A stretch of DNA of 64,000 nt from Octopus sinensis (taxonomy: Eukaryota), in contig NC_043001.1 in the NCBI RefSeq assembly GCF_006345805.1, positions 34,596,001 through 34,660,000 of the forward strand, given 5' to 3'. Position 1 is the stretch's first letter; the number at the start of each line of letters is the position of its first letter. Both the position numbers and the translations under genes were made by a program. The notes beneath the pieces are model-generated. The model was not told the origin of the DNA. It saw only the letters and a list, made by a program, of their open reading frames with translations, and made no database searches. This document shows, one piece after another, positions 1-11,940 of the stretch.

Positions 1-358
1 GAAAGTATCACAGTTTCTTAGAGTTCCAGTGATAGATTTGATGTGTAGTCTTCGAATTAGCTTTCACCTTTCTAGTTCTGAGAAGCCTAATTTCTCAAGA
101 TTGGTATTTAGGCAGTGTGTTACATATCTCAGAGTCCCACTAATTACAGGTATAAACATAAACTTGTAATATGCATAGAATAACTGCAGATTTCTCAATG
201 GTTCGACATAGGTGTTCTCTTTTTCACTGATCTTCAGCTTTATGCTAACATCCGCCGTGCACAGTTTCTCTTCTCTATTCCAAATCATTTATACCAGGTC
301 TGTTGTGCATACATTTTATTGAGGTCTTCACTGGTACATTCCACCAGTATTCCTTTTT
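1..358 (-). mobile_element. R4/Dong-type non-LTR retrotransposon fragment (C-terminal restriction-like endonuclease domain); 5'-truncated, runs off the window start
   Basis: Minus strand reads [21 protein letters not shown], then (after a frameshift) [18 protein letters not shown]...LQLFYAYYKFMFIPVISGTL...LEKLGFSELER, with a further frameshifted LIRRLHIKSITG. This fits the NRPD-I-I-W...F-IPV-IG-LG...LG pattern of REL-domain LINEs. Confidence 0.8.
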
Positions 359-492
359 ATGTATGTATGTATGTATGGATGGATGAATGGATGGATGGAT
401 GGATGGATGGATGAATGGATGGATGGATGGGTGGATGGATGGATGGATGGATAAATGGATGGAAGGATGGAGGGATGGGTGGATGGATGGAT
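359..492. repeat. (ATGT)n/(GGAT)n compound microsatellite between two REL fragments
   Basis: Directly visible tetranucleotide array. Confidence 0.95.
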
Positions 493-1030
493 GTAGCCGG
501 TCGCTAACAAAGCGACAAGATGTTTTGATTTAAGAGAGTTCCTGGTGCTTGTAAATATGTGGTCGAGTTTGTGTGTTAGTTGAACTGTCGATGCAAACAC
601 CCAATTGAGTGCATCTATTCAAATAAAAAACTTCACACGAAGAATTTTTGGAATGTCTTATAGTCTTCCCTCTGCCACTATTAGATTGGATTTGGAGAAT
701 CCGCTTCAGTTTCTTTAGCTCTTTATCCGTGAAACCGAATATTTCTAGGATTTGTGCGTATTTCGACGTACATAATTTAATACATCTCTAATGAAAAGTA
801 CAGACGAGAATTCATATTCAGGGTACAGAAGAGCTGTAAGTTCCGCGTTACTTCTCCATAAATACTCTTTTTCTCTTCGACTTTTCATTGTACAGTCACA
901 TCCGCTGGGCAGCTGATCCCTGCAACAGTGCATATTTTTTGTTCCCTGTCCCACAGAACAATATCAAGTCTGTTATGTTTGCACCGAATTAGTGATTTTA
1001 TCGGGATGTTCCACCAGTATACCTTGCTTT
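493..1030 (-). mobile_element. Second R4/Dong-type fragment (REL domain plus 3' UTR); 5'-truncated and decayed
   Basis: Minus strand reads KSKVYWWNIPIKSLIRCKHNRLDIVLWDREQKICTVAGISCPADVTV. The UTR at 493-640 is homologous to 24060-24215. Confidence 0.8.
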
Positions 1031-1103
1031 TATGTATGTATGTATGTATGTATGTATGTATGTATGTATGTATGTATGTATGTATGTATGATGTATGTAT
1101 GTA

Positions 1104-1143
<40 letters not shown>

Positions 1144-1259
1144 TAAACAGCGTGTTGTGAATAAATTGTCTAAATTACGCAAAAATGAAAATAACAATGA
1201 CATCTCATTTTAACTGATATATTTGCCAAAATGACAAAAAATATCTTGAAAGAGTAAAT

Positions 1260-2100
1260 TCATTTGATAAAATCACCATTGGCTTCAATCACGGCCTCCA
1301 GACAGGCTTTGGAATGTTTTGCAACTTTTCTGGAGGGTCACCTCGTTTAGATGGTGAATGCTGCCATAATCCTTACCTTCAGTTCATCTTTGGTGTTACA
1401 AGGAGTTTTGTTGGTCTCTCGCTCAACTGTGCCCCGCACATAATAATTAAGGGGGTTGCAGTCTGGGGAGTCAGGTGGCCAGATCTTAAGGGTGATGTGG
1501 TTGCAGAAATTGTCTGAGAGCCATGACTGGGTCTTCTAGCAACAACCCTTGTGACCCAAGGCAGCACTACCTCCTCCAGGCACTTGATGTTGGCCTTCGT
1601 GTTGAGTCTAAGGCCGTGTTGGAAGATGAATGGAGGCATAACGTCGCCATCGTTAGTAATCACTCCAAACACGATGATGTTGATTGGATGTTTGATTTTT
1701 ATCACTCTCGGTACATGTTTTAGGATCACGGCAAGCCAACGGTTGTTCTGTGTGTTCACCGTCTAATCTTGGTAGAAATTTTTCTCGTCTGAGAAAACCC
1801 AAAGAATGTTCGGTTGGAGGGGATGCTTGAATTTGTTCAAAAGCTTCGTAACGTGGTTTATTCTTTTGTCCTTGAAGGCTTGGGATAAAAATTGGTTCTT
1901 TATTATCTTGTATGAGGAATACCGAACGTCTTCATGCACAACTTGCCTGATAGGAAAATCAGACACGGCCATGTTCCTGGTGATGGACCTGACTGACTTG
2001 AAAGGATCATTGTCAATCATGGCCTGGGACTCACCAACAAATTGAATACCCGCTTTTACCCATGGTATTTGTCAGGGTCCCATCTCATTTAAAATGCCTG
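1260..2100 (-). pseudogene. Decayed Tc1/mariner transposase, maT (DD37D)-like
   Basis: Minus-strand pieces: MIDNDPFKSVRSI...WVFSDEKNF; QNNRWLA...IVFGVITNDGDVMPPFIF...LEEVVLPWV; and, frameshifted, QSWLSDNF...IWPPDSPDCNPLNYYV...LEAVIEANGDFIK*. The QQD-S-AP segment carrying the second catalytic Asp is deleted near 1530. Confidence 0.85.
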
Positions 2101-2554
2101 GTTACAGAAAATGCAGGTAAACTTGTGAATCTATAAGCGTAGTAGTGAATTGTCTAATACATAAAAATCAATGAAAACAGCTTTCCGAATTCAATGGAAT
2201 TTATTTTACTATTATGATTATATCTCAGATATAGTCGGATAAACATGAATGAGATCATTCACTTGCGTTATGCATTTATTTACTAATTATAACAATATTA
2301 ATATTGTTAAAGTCAACACTGCATTATCATAATACATAATATGAATAATACATAATAATGAATGATACACAATAAATGATACAAAACAGTCATGTTAATA
2401 TTGATAGTATGTATATAAATATAAACCTCTTCATTTTTAGCAAGTTATCAATAGTAATCTGTTTTAAAATTACAGTAATTGTAAAGAGAATTACATTGTA
2501 GTTTATCTAGCTAATTCTTGTTTGAAAATAAACAATCATAAGTCAGGATTAGAA

Positions 2555-2716
<162 letters not shown>

Positions 2717-3519
2717 AGAAGAATGTAAAGGATTAATCAAGATCAAAATTCATTCACGGCAGAATGCAATGCCTTGCTTTTTTCAGGTTAAGTGATTTTA
2801 TACGGATTGAGTGTTGATGAAATTACAACACCAACTTCTGGAAATGACAGAAGTCATCACTCAATTGCTATTGATAAGAGATAGTTCAGATGACAAACCA
2901 AGTGAATCTGTTAAATCCAATCGTACAATATTACTTGATAACGGCATTGTAATATTAAAAAGAAAGGTACACGCCACCCCATAGAGGTTAATGAGGCTGC
3001 AAAACAAAGACCACAAACGTTTCCAAAATAAATAGAAGGATGATTGTAGCCATAAATATGCTGTGTCGTTAATGAAACATAAACATAAGAATAGCGACTA
3101 GCATGAAACAAGAAGCGAAAAAAGTTTCCCTGTGTTTCCATGTCTAATGAATAACATTGTACGTCAACGACATCTGATCTTTCTTTGGGTAAATAATAAA
3201 AGGATGTGACTCACTGAAAATTTATTAGAGCGTAGTAAATAGTGTCATAACAACCTGTGTTACGTGGACTAGAAAAATCTGGGATCACACATCATCACGT
3301 AAATCGTCTTTTCACGGTTATTTAGTTTAAATTATTCGATTTCAGACAAATCTTTAGAAAAAGAATTTCACATGGAATACAAAAACGCTATACAAAGGAT
3401 GGCTATTAAATGAAAAATAAACAATGGCGATTCTTTAAAGCTTCATAAGAGACTGGTTATCCCGATAGCGTTATGAATGGTCATTCGAACTAGGTTAAGA
3501 GTTTCCAAACCGAACAGAA

Positions 3520-3730
3520 ATGCATGAAAACGTTAGCACGCCGGGCAACATGTTTGGCGATATTTCGCCCGTCGCTACGTTGTGAGTTCAAATTCCACCG
3601 AGGTCGATTTGCATTTCATCCTTTCGGGGTCGATAAATTAAGTACTAGTGAAACACTGGGTCGATGTAATCGACCAGATCCCTCCCACAAAATTTCAGGC
3701 CTTGTCCCTTTAGTAGAAAGGATTATTTAT
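3520..3730 (+). mobile_element. tRNA-derived SINE, family B (Meta-domain-like), tail type 1
   Basis: B box GAGTTCAAATTCC; central GCATTTCATCCTTTCGGGGTCGATAAATTAAGTAC; tail AATTTCAGGCCTTGTCCCTTTAGTAGAAAGGATTATT. Confidence 0.8.
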
Positions 3731-4201
3731 CACCAGATATTTAAACCTGGTATAATAATTGTTGTGTTCTGTAAAGTTATAAAGACTATAAGCTTCATGA
3801 GTATTTCAATATATTTACCTTAACAAAGATATTAAAGCTAAGAAAAAAGCTACTGAAGCAAAGTACTAAAGTTAAGACACCTTAGACCGTTTAGTGTGAG
3901 CAAGAAAAAGGAGACTATTTGTCTTAATAAAGTTTTTGTAAGTTTAAACATTTTATAAGGATTATGAAAACGGGAGTAACATGTCTGGTCACTATAATGG
4001 TTGTCATTTTATGTCCATCTAGGGGATCGGTTGTATACTCTCGTTGTTCCTCTCGTGATCTCCATTTATGTAGGCGATGCATCTGAATGCTGCTAAAGAG
4101 ACATTCCGTTTCTTGGATATGTTCGAAATATCTGAAGTATATTAAGTTGTAGTTCTCAACAACGCCAAACTGAAACAATACGTGCACGCTTACACACGCA
4201 G

Positions 4202-4244
<43 letters not shown>

Positions 4245-4402
4245 GAACTATATGTACACGCAAACAAATACACACATAGACACGTACATACATATCCACA
4301 CATACACACATATATGTATGTATAAATATCTGCTACTCTAAGACAGGGAGAACCAATGCCTCGTAAGCAAATTTGGCGAGCGGAAACTGTATAGAAGCCC
4401 GT

Positions 4403-4477
<75 letters not shown>

Positions 4478-4584
4478 GTATGTATATATGCAAGCAAAAC
4501 ATTTAAACACTGAGATTTGAAATCAGATGTCACTACTGTTCATATCATCTGTGGATACATTTTTAAATTGATGATATATATTCC

Positions 4585-4810
4585 CTTATTGCCCACAGGG
4601 GGCTAAACATAGAGGGAATAAACAAGGACAGACAAAGCAATTAAGTCGATTACATCGACCCCAATGCCTAACTGGTACTTATTTAATCGACCCCGAAAGG
4701 ATGAAAGGCAAAGTCGACTTCGGCGGAATTTGAACTCAGAACGTAACGGCAGCCGAAATACCGCTAGGCATTCCAGCCGGCGTGCTAACGAATCTGCCAG
4801 CTGACCGCTT
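4585..4810 (-). mobile_element. SINE family B, tail type 2
   Basis: Same head and central domain as 3520-3730; tail ...TTTAGCCCCCTGTGGGCAATAAG. Confidence 0.85.
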
Positions 4811-5039
4811 TATAAATTGATAAATATCACCGGCAGTGACATATGTGGATCGTAGGCGCAATGGCATATATAGCCATGAATTATAAATTTGCACGAAGCG
4901 TAATGATGCTTAACAAGCATCTACCTGCTAGAAATAAGAACTAAAGTCTTAGATTAATCCACCGTACCGCACCAAGATAAAAGAAGAAAAAAAACAGTAT
5001 GCAAGGAAAACAGAAAGAATCAAAAATTTAACAGCACAA

Positions 5040-5223
5040 AATAAAAAATATTATGCAATTAGGGATATCCACAAACCAGGTTTCGGCTTTTGGGTATTTA
5101 AACCCTGAGCCTCATCAGTGTGGCATACCGAGTAATAATTCATAATAACCGTCACGTTAAAATCTGACAGTGCAAGGTTTTTGTTTTGCGCCGAAAACAG
5201 AGCACATGATTTGAAATCAGATG

Positions 5224-5227
<4 letters not shown>
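5040..5227 (-). mobile_element. Penelope-like terminal-repeat fragment containing a hammerhead motif
   Basis: Starts at GTGACATCTG next to (TA)n and contains the hammerhead at 5069-5123. PLE identity is inferred from the minimal hammerhead architecture. Confidence 0.55.
5069..5123 (-). ncRNA. Minimal type I hammerhead ribozyme motif
   Basis: Minus strand: CCACA-CTGATGA-GGC(TCAGGGTTTAAATACCCAAAA)GCC-GAAA-CCTGGT-T-TGTGG. Stem I is 5 bp, the core is intact, stem III is the near-palindrome ACCTGGT, and the cleavage triplet is GUU. Confidence 0.75.
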
Positions 5228-5297
<70 letters not shown>

Positions 5298-6079
5298 TAT
5301 ACATATATACATATATATATATACACACACATACATATATACATATATATATTATATATATTATATATATATATATATAGGTGACATCTGATTTCGAATC
5401 ATGTGCTCTGTTTTCGGCGAAAATCGAAATCAATTGCGCTGTCGATTTGTTCGATTAAATCCTTCACGGTGGTGCGTCAGCGTGGCCGCAATCCAATGAC
5501 TGAATCAACTAAACGATAAAGGCTAAACGGAAAATACTCAGATTCAGTTCTGTCTTAATGAATTGCACGTGATATTTAATATTAATATTTCAACTTATAT
5601 GAAACATGACAAATATAATGATCTGCATCTTAAACTAGTGTCCCTAGATCTAATAATAACACTTTGGACATTTTGCAGTCTACAAGTCGCAGTTGCGCAG
5701 GTTGAATGATCCCTCCGTGTTTTAGCTCGTATTAACAATGTTATGTAATCAGCGTTGTGTCAAGACAGATTACCTAATGCGGGAGCATAGCCGTTGAGTC
5801 ATCTTTGGAACATGAACGTCATTAAGATTACATAATTGATGTATTTGCTTGCTGTCAAGCTAGAAAAGCTATGACTGGAATATTCGTGATCTGCTAAAAT
5901 AAATTTGTTCTTATAATCTTGTAACTTGTTGATCTTGCAACGTTTTAGTGTGAATTACAAGAAGAGTGCGACTCAATTATTTACGTTAGTGAACACACAT
6001 ACACAAAACAAATTATAATTTAAGTATTCCTTTATGCAATTAGTGAGAAATTACATGCACCTCTTATAAATATATATAT

Positions 6080-7206
6080 ATATAAAATTAAATAATGGTA
6101 GAAATTGATATTAATCAATTAAAATAAGTGGCCTAGCATATTTAAAAAAAATATAAAGATTAAAAATGTTATACATACAAAATTTAGAGGGATGACCATT
6201 AATAGTGGACAGCCTGTATGCTAGAAATAGACGTCAAACTCGCCATTTACCACGAAGAATGTGTTCTCAAGAAAATAATTCAGCAAAAAACCAAAGTGTA
6301 AAAATAAGTATGACAAATGAAAATATACGAAATAAAAAACGATTACCTATGTACTAATTAGTTTCACTTGTTAATATTTACGTATATTGATACGCAAACA
6401 TCTGCAAGATCGTCAGCATAGTCTGTCGTTAACGAAATACAATTTCTAGAACTAGATACAGGGCGCTCGACCTAAATCCAGCGTGTATAAAGCTCCACAA
6501 ATTATATTTATGTGTATCTTTCAAATGCCTTCACTTTGGCGCGCTGAGATCGGAAATTACTCTGCAGTTAATAAACTACAGCAGTTAATTTACTGGCTAG
6601 AGAATAATTTTTATTTAAAATTAAATAAGTTTATAAATGAGGGTGAAAAATTTGATATTAATTTAATAATACCATCAATTTTACACCAAGTGGCTTAGCA
6701 CATAAAAACCAAGGGATAAAATACAAATTTATACATAAATATGAGAGAGTGACCACTATGTGGTTCACTCTAGTGCTAAAAATAGATCCGCTAATGGTAT
6801 AGCCACTAAAAGTTGTTTCCAAGAAGAAATACCACTACATTTAACGTAAGGTAAGTGAAATATAACGAAAAAAATAGATATCTATTTATCTATTTTTTTT
6901 GTTATATCTATTTTTTTCGTTATATTTCACTTACCTTACGTTAAATGTTATACATACAAAATTTAGATGAATGACCACTAATAGTGGACAGCCTGTATGC
7001 TAGAAATAGACGTCAAAATCGCAGATGTTGCGTATCGATATACGTAAACATTAACAAGTGAAACTATTTAGTACATAGGTAATCGTTTTTGATTTCGTAT
7101 ATTTTCATTTGTCTTGCTTCTTTGTACACTTTGTTATTTTGCTGAATTTTTTCTTGAGAACACATTCTTCGTGGTAAATGGCAAGTTTGACGTCTATTTC
7201 TAGCAT
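6080..7206. repeat. Rearranged AT-rich repeat cluster with direct and inverted duplications and a perfect 45-bp hairpin
   Basis: About 6165-6238 is repeated directly at about 6944-7017; 6218-6405 is inverted at 7021-7206; 6837-6881 and 6904-6948 are perfect reverse complements. Confidence 0.85.
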
Positions 7207-7545
7207 ATGTGTACGTATATACAGGAGCGGGGAGAACTCCGTCGGTTACGACGACGAGAGTCCCAGCTGATACGATCAACGAAACAGCTTGCTTGTAAAA
7301 TTAACGTGCAAGTGGTTGAGCACTCCACAGACACGTGTAGTCTTAATGTAGTTCTCAGGGAGATTCAGCGTAACACAGAGTGTGACAAGACTTTGAAATA
7401 CAGGTACTACTAATTTTTGCCAGTTGAGTGGGCTGGAGCAACGTGAAATAAAGTGTCTTGGTCAAGGACACAACGCGTCGCCGGGAATTGAACTGACTGC
7501 CTTACGATCGTGAGCGGGATGCCCTAGCCACTAAGCCACGCGGCT
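7207..7545 (-). mobile_element. tRNA-derived SINE, family D (CORE-like head, long tail ending CGTAACCGACGGAG)
   Basis: Reverse complement of the copy at 13229-13575; A and B boxes and a CCTTGA-CAAGACAC core-like motif are present. Confidence 0.85.
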
Positions 7546-7625
7546 TTACTGTATATATAAATACATGTATGTATATGTATATAATTATATATTCATGTGT
7601 GTGTTTGTATATATATATATATATA

Positions 7626-7917
7626 TCACGTGATCACGTGACCGACCAGTCCATCAGATGTAGTTACACATCGTTGGTCACAATGCGTTCGCATTGTTTT
7701 AGCCTTCGAATGACGCCACCCCGTTGGCTAAGCGAGCAGGCCAACAGAAGAAAGAGTAGTGAAAGAGTACAGCAGGGCTCACCACCCCCTGCCGGAGCCT
7801 CGTGGAGCTTTTTAGGTGTTTTCGCTCAATAAACACTCACAACGCCCGGTCCGGGAATCGAAACCGCGATCCTACGTCCGCGAGTCCGCTGCCCTAACCA
7901 CTGGGCCATTGCGCCTC

Positions 7918-7919
<2 letters not shown>
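7626..7919 (-). mobile_element. tRNA-derived SINE, family E
   Basis: Minus-strand head GGAGGCGCAATGGCCCAGTGGTTAGGGC...GGTTTCGATTCCCGGACC; a second head lies at 12291-12445. Confidence 0.8.
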
Positions 7920-7966
<47 letters not shown>

Positions 7967-8018
7967 ATATATATACACCACACACAACACACACACAGAT
8001 ATACATTTACAGGTATAT

Positions 8019-8062
<44 letters not shown>

Positions 8063-8896
8063 GAATGTATGTATGTATTTTTTTATCTCCCCCTTTCTTT
8101 AATATACATATATTATATTTTACATATTAAGACACACATATTCATACATTTAGGACACAGTTATAAAATCAGACTGACGTACATATGTACATGCAAGAAT
8201 ATACGCACGTGTAACACAACACATGCAGCACGTATTCAACAAAGCGTTACGTCGAACGAGACCAAATTGCTCTTTAATATAAACCAAATAAAAAATAATT
8301 GCATCTTTATTATCTTAATGGAAACACTACTTAGTTCTTTAGTAAATTGAGAATTTGGTAAACGGCACAATCAACACTCCATTAGCTTCAAGTCTTCTAT
8401 GAACATTCACATTATGGGTTGTGTTATTTACCTATTTCAGTGCTTATTGTTGATACATATGTTTTTTTGCTTTGATTCTTCATGAAGATATTGGCAGCTT
8501 ATTGGAGGTTATTACCGCATCTTTATCATTGATACTGAAATGCCTACTTAGACGATTATACTTGAGTTTATGCTTTATTTTTGTTTTCTTTTCTGAAGTT
8601 GTTTTTATCCTTTTCTGTTGTCTTTCTTATTTTTTTGCTATTCTTCTGTTTATGCAACCATATTTAATGCATATACCCCTCCAACCATCTGTCTATGCGA
8701 ACCATCCATCCGTCTTTCCACTAATCCATTCATTCCATCCACCTTTCCCGGCACAAACGTAGCACTGACACATGTTTTTCATGTGTTTATGAGAATATAC
8801 ACTATCACATATAAGTATGTATATAATTAAATATATATATAATAAGATATATCTATATATATAGATATATATATATAACTATATATATATAAATAA

Positions 8897-8944
<48 letters not shown>

Positions 8945-8965
8945 ATCTATCTATCTATCTATCTA

Positions 8966-9014
<49 letters not shown>

Positions 9015-9024
9015 TTATATATAT

Positions 9025-9057
<33 letters not shown>

Positions 9058-9061
9058 TCTT

Positions 9062-9381
9062 TTCATTCTTTTACTCGTTTCAATCATTTGACTGCGGCCA
9101 TGCTGAAGCATCGCCTTTAGTCGGATGTATCTATCCCAGGACTTATTCTTTATAAGCTTAGTACTTATTCTATCGGAACCGCGGAGACATAAACATACAG
9201 ACATCGATATTAAGAGATGTTAAGGAGGCAAACACACACACACATATCTATATATACGTCGGGCTTCTCTGGTCAGCTCGAAGCTATAGTAGAATACATT
9301 TGTCAAAGTACCACGCAGTGGGACTGAACCCGGAACCATGTGGCTGGGGAACAAGCTTCTTACTACACAGCGACACTTGCG

Positions 9382-9383
<2 letters not shown>
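9062..9383 (-). mobile_element. SINE family A (CORE-type, OR-like), internally deleted
   Basis: tRNA-like head GGGTTCAGTCCCACTGCGTGG and tail CAGCATGGCCGCAGTCAAATGATTGAAAC. Confidence 0.85.
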
Positions 9384-9459
<76 letters not shown>

Positions 9460-9460
<1 letters not shown>

Positions 9461-11940
9461 CTTTTTGCTTTTTTCAGCTTAGAGCTGCGGCCATGCTGAT
9501 GCACCGCCGTTTTGTGCTACACTGTTATTACGAAGACCTCCTCTAATATGTGGCACTTGATGAAGAATGGAGTTTGACATAGCTACTCTCATTTGCACCT
9601 CTTGCCGTGAGGTAGGTTCATCTGGGACTCTCGACAGGAAGATGCCCAGCTTTGATTTAAAACTGCTACATCTACTTTGTGCAAGTTCCTCAGACTCTTT
9701 GGGAGAATATTAAAAAGCTGTGGGCCCTTGAAACCCAGGCTGTTGCAGAAGCTGGTCCTGAAGCGTGATGGCATTGCTGGGATCTTTGGCACTATGCAGT
9801 GTCGTCCCGTTCTAGCATTGGTGTAGCTTACAATGCCAAAATTTGGCACAATTCCTTCCGGGATCTTCCAGACATATATTACTGCATACCTCTCCCGTCT
9901 TCTCTCCAGGGAGTAGAGTCTTAGCTGTTTCAACCTTTCCCATTAGCTGAGCTGTTGCAAAGAGACGATCTTCTTTGTGTATCTTCTCTGGATTGCTTCA
10001 AGTTCCGCTGTTAATTTCACACTGGTGGGTGACCATAGCTGTGAGCAGTAATCCAGGCGGCTGAGGACGAATGTCCGCCAGAGGACCATCATGGTTCCTT
10101 ATCTCTGGTTCTGAATGTTCTTAGGATCCATCCAGCCAGTCGTCTGCACTTTGTCACCATCCTGGTAATGTGCACTTGGAAAGAGGTATCATCACTCATG
10201 TCGATACCCAGGACCCTCACAGACTTAGGCTCTGGGATTGAAATTCCCTGTGGACCGGTGTATCCTGTAAGTTTAATATTCAGTTTTGGATGCTGGTAGC
10301 GCAGGGCCTGGACTTTTTCAGCATTAAACTGCATATTATTATCCTCAGCCCATCTGTAGATTGAGTCCAACTCCTACTGCAGGTGTGCAACATCGCTGGG
10401 GTTCTGTATTTTCTGCGAGACTTTCGTATCGTCTGCAGAGCTTGCCAGAGTGGCTATCCGGGCATTTGAGGGCATATCTGAGAGGGCCACTATAAAAAGC
10501 AGTGGTCCCAAGACAGTGCCCTGTGGAACACCGCTCAATATTTGTGTGTTCATAGAGGTGGCTCCATTAACCACTACTGCTTGACTCCTATCTTTCAGGA
10601 AGTCATGTAACCACACTTCAAGTTTTCCAGCTATGCCGAGGTGACGCAGTTTGTGGCATATCATACCACGATCCACCTTGTCAAAAGCTTTTGAAAAATC
10701 AAGGTAGATTACGTCCACATTTGATTTGTTGAGTAACTGCCTCAACACCCAGTCATAATGTTGTAAGAGCTGGGTCAGGCAGCTCCTATCTGGTCGAAAA
10801 CCATGCTGGGTATCACTCAGCAAGTTATTTTCCTCAAGGAATGCGATTAGTTTCTTTCTGACTACTCGTTTCATGACTTTGCTGATGTGTGAAGTAAGAG
10901 AGATAGGCCTATAGTTTTTGGCATCTGCTCTTTATGTATTGGGCATATTATTCCCTCCTTCAGCTTGCCTGGCAGCTTGCCATTCGCAAGAAAGCTCTGG
11001 AAGAGAATCTTGAGGGGTTTTGCCAGGGCATGCTTACACGCTTTGAGGAGGATTGCTGGGAAACCATCTGGACCAGCAGTTGAGTTTGTGTCCACTTCAT
11101 CTATGGCTAGTAGGACATCTTCGCTAATGTCAATACATTCTATTGTAACCGCCTCGCTGGTTCGTTCACTTGTCTGTGTTCCAATGGGGTAGTAAAGACA
11201 CTTTTGAACTGGTCATTCAGCATCTCACTGATCTTAGTTGGACTGTCTGTGAGGGAGCCATCCTTTTGGAGGAGGGGTCCTATCTTGTAGTGCACTGAGA
11301 CTGTTTCTTTCGCGTAATGAAAGAAGGCCTTTGGGTTTGATTTAATGTTTTTTATAACCCAGGCTTCTTTGTCTGCTTTCTACCTCACGTAGGATTGTTG
11401 CAGCCTTTTTTCGATCTCCATCAGTGTTGTTTTTAGGCGGGACGTTTCGCTACTTTTGGGATGTTGGTTGAGACGATTTGCAACCTTCGTCCGTCGTCTC
11501 ATGAGGATCTTCTTTTCTCTTGGAATCTTACTCCTATTTGTTTTGGCCTTGTGCTCTGGGACATATTTCTGGCATACGGCTTGCACAGAAGACCTGAAAC
11601 ATTCTAGTTTCATGTCAATGTCTGGTGTGGAGAGACATTCCGGCCAGTCCTCTCAGAGGATCTCTTTTTGGATCGATTTCCAATCTGCTTTGTGGAAGTT
11701 GAGATTGGAGAGATTTTGGGTGCTTTCTTTAGGCTGTATATCTCTGGTTACTTTTGGCCCAAACGTAGACAGCTCTATTATGCTGTGATCCGAAACTAAT
11801 GTCGATGTCACTTTCACATCATGAATGATGTCCATATTGTTCGTGAAGCAGAGATCCAGAATGTTATTCGCCCTAGTTGGTTTGAGTACAACTTGCTCCA
11901 TGAATAAGGCGTTGGTGAGGTTGAGCAGGGACTCCACCTG
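9460..11940 (-). mobile_element. 5'-truncated CR1-group LINE (end of APE domain plus RT), with stops and frameshifts
   Basis: TRANNILDLCFTN...SDH (APE C-terminus); HGFRPDRSCLTQLL; YLDFSKAFDKVD; GVPQGTVLGPLLF; SADDTK; LYSLERRRER. The 3' tail GGCGGTGCATCAGCATGGCCGCAGCTCTAAGCTGAAA lies at about 9470-9510. Confidence 0.93.

Noticed and set aside
2780-3140. Possible host exon after TTTTTTCAG
   Set aside because: Two frames close immediately after the acceptor and the third soon after; the 56-aa internal ORF has no recognisable motif.
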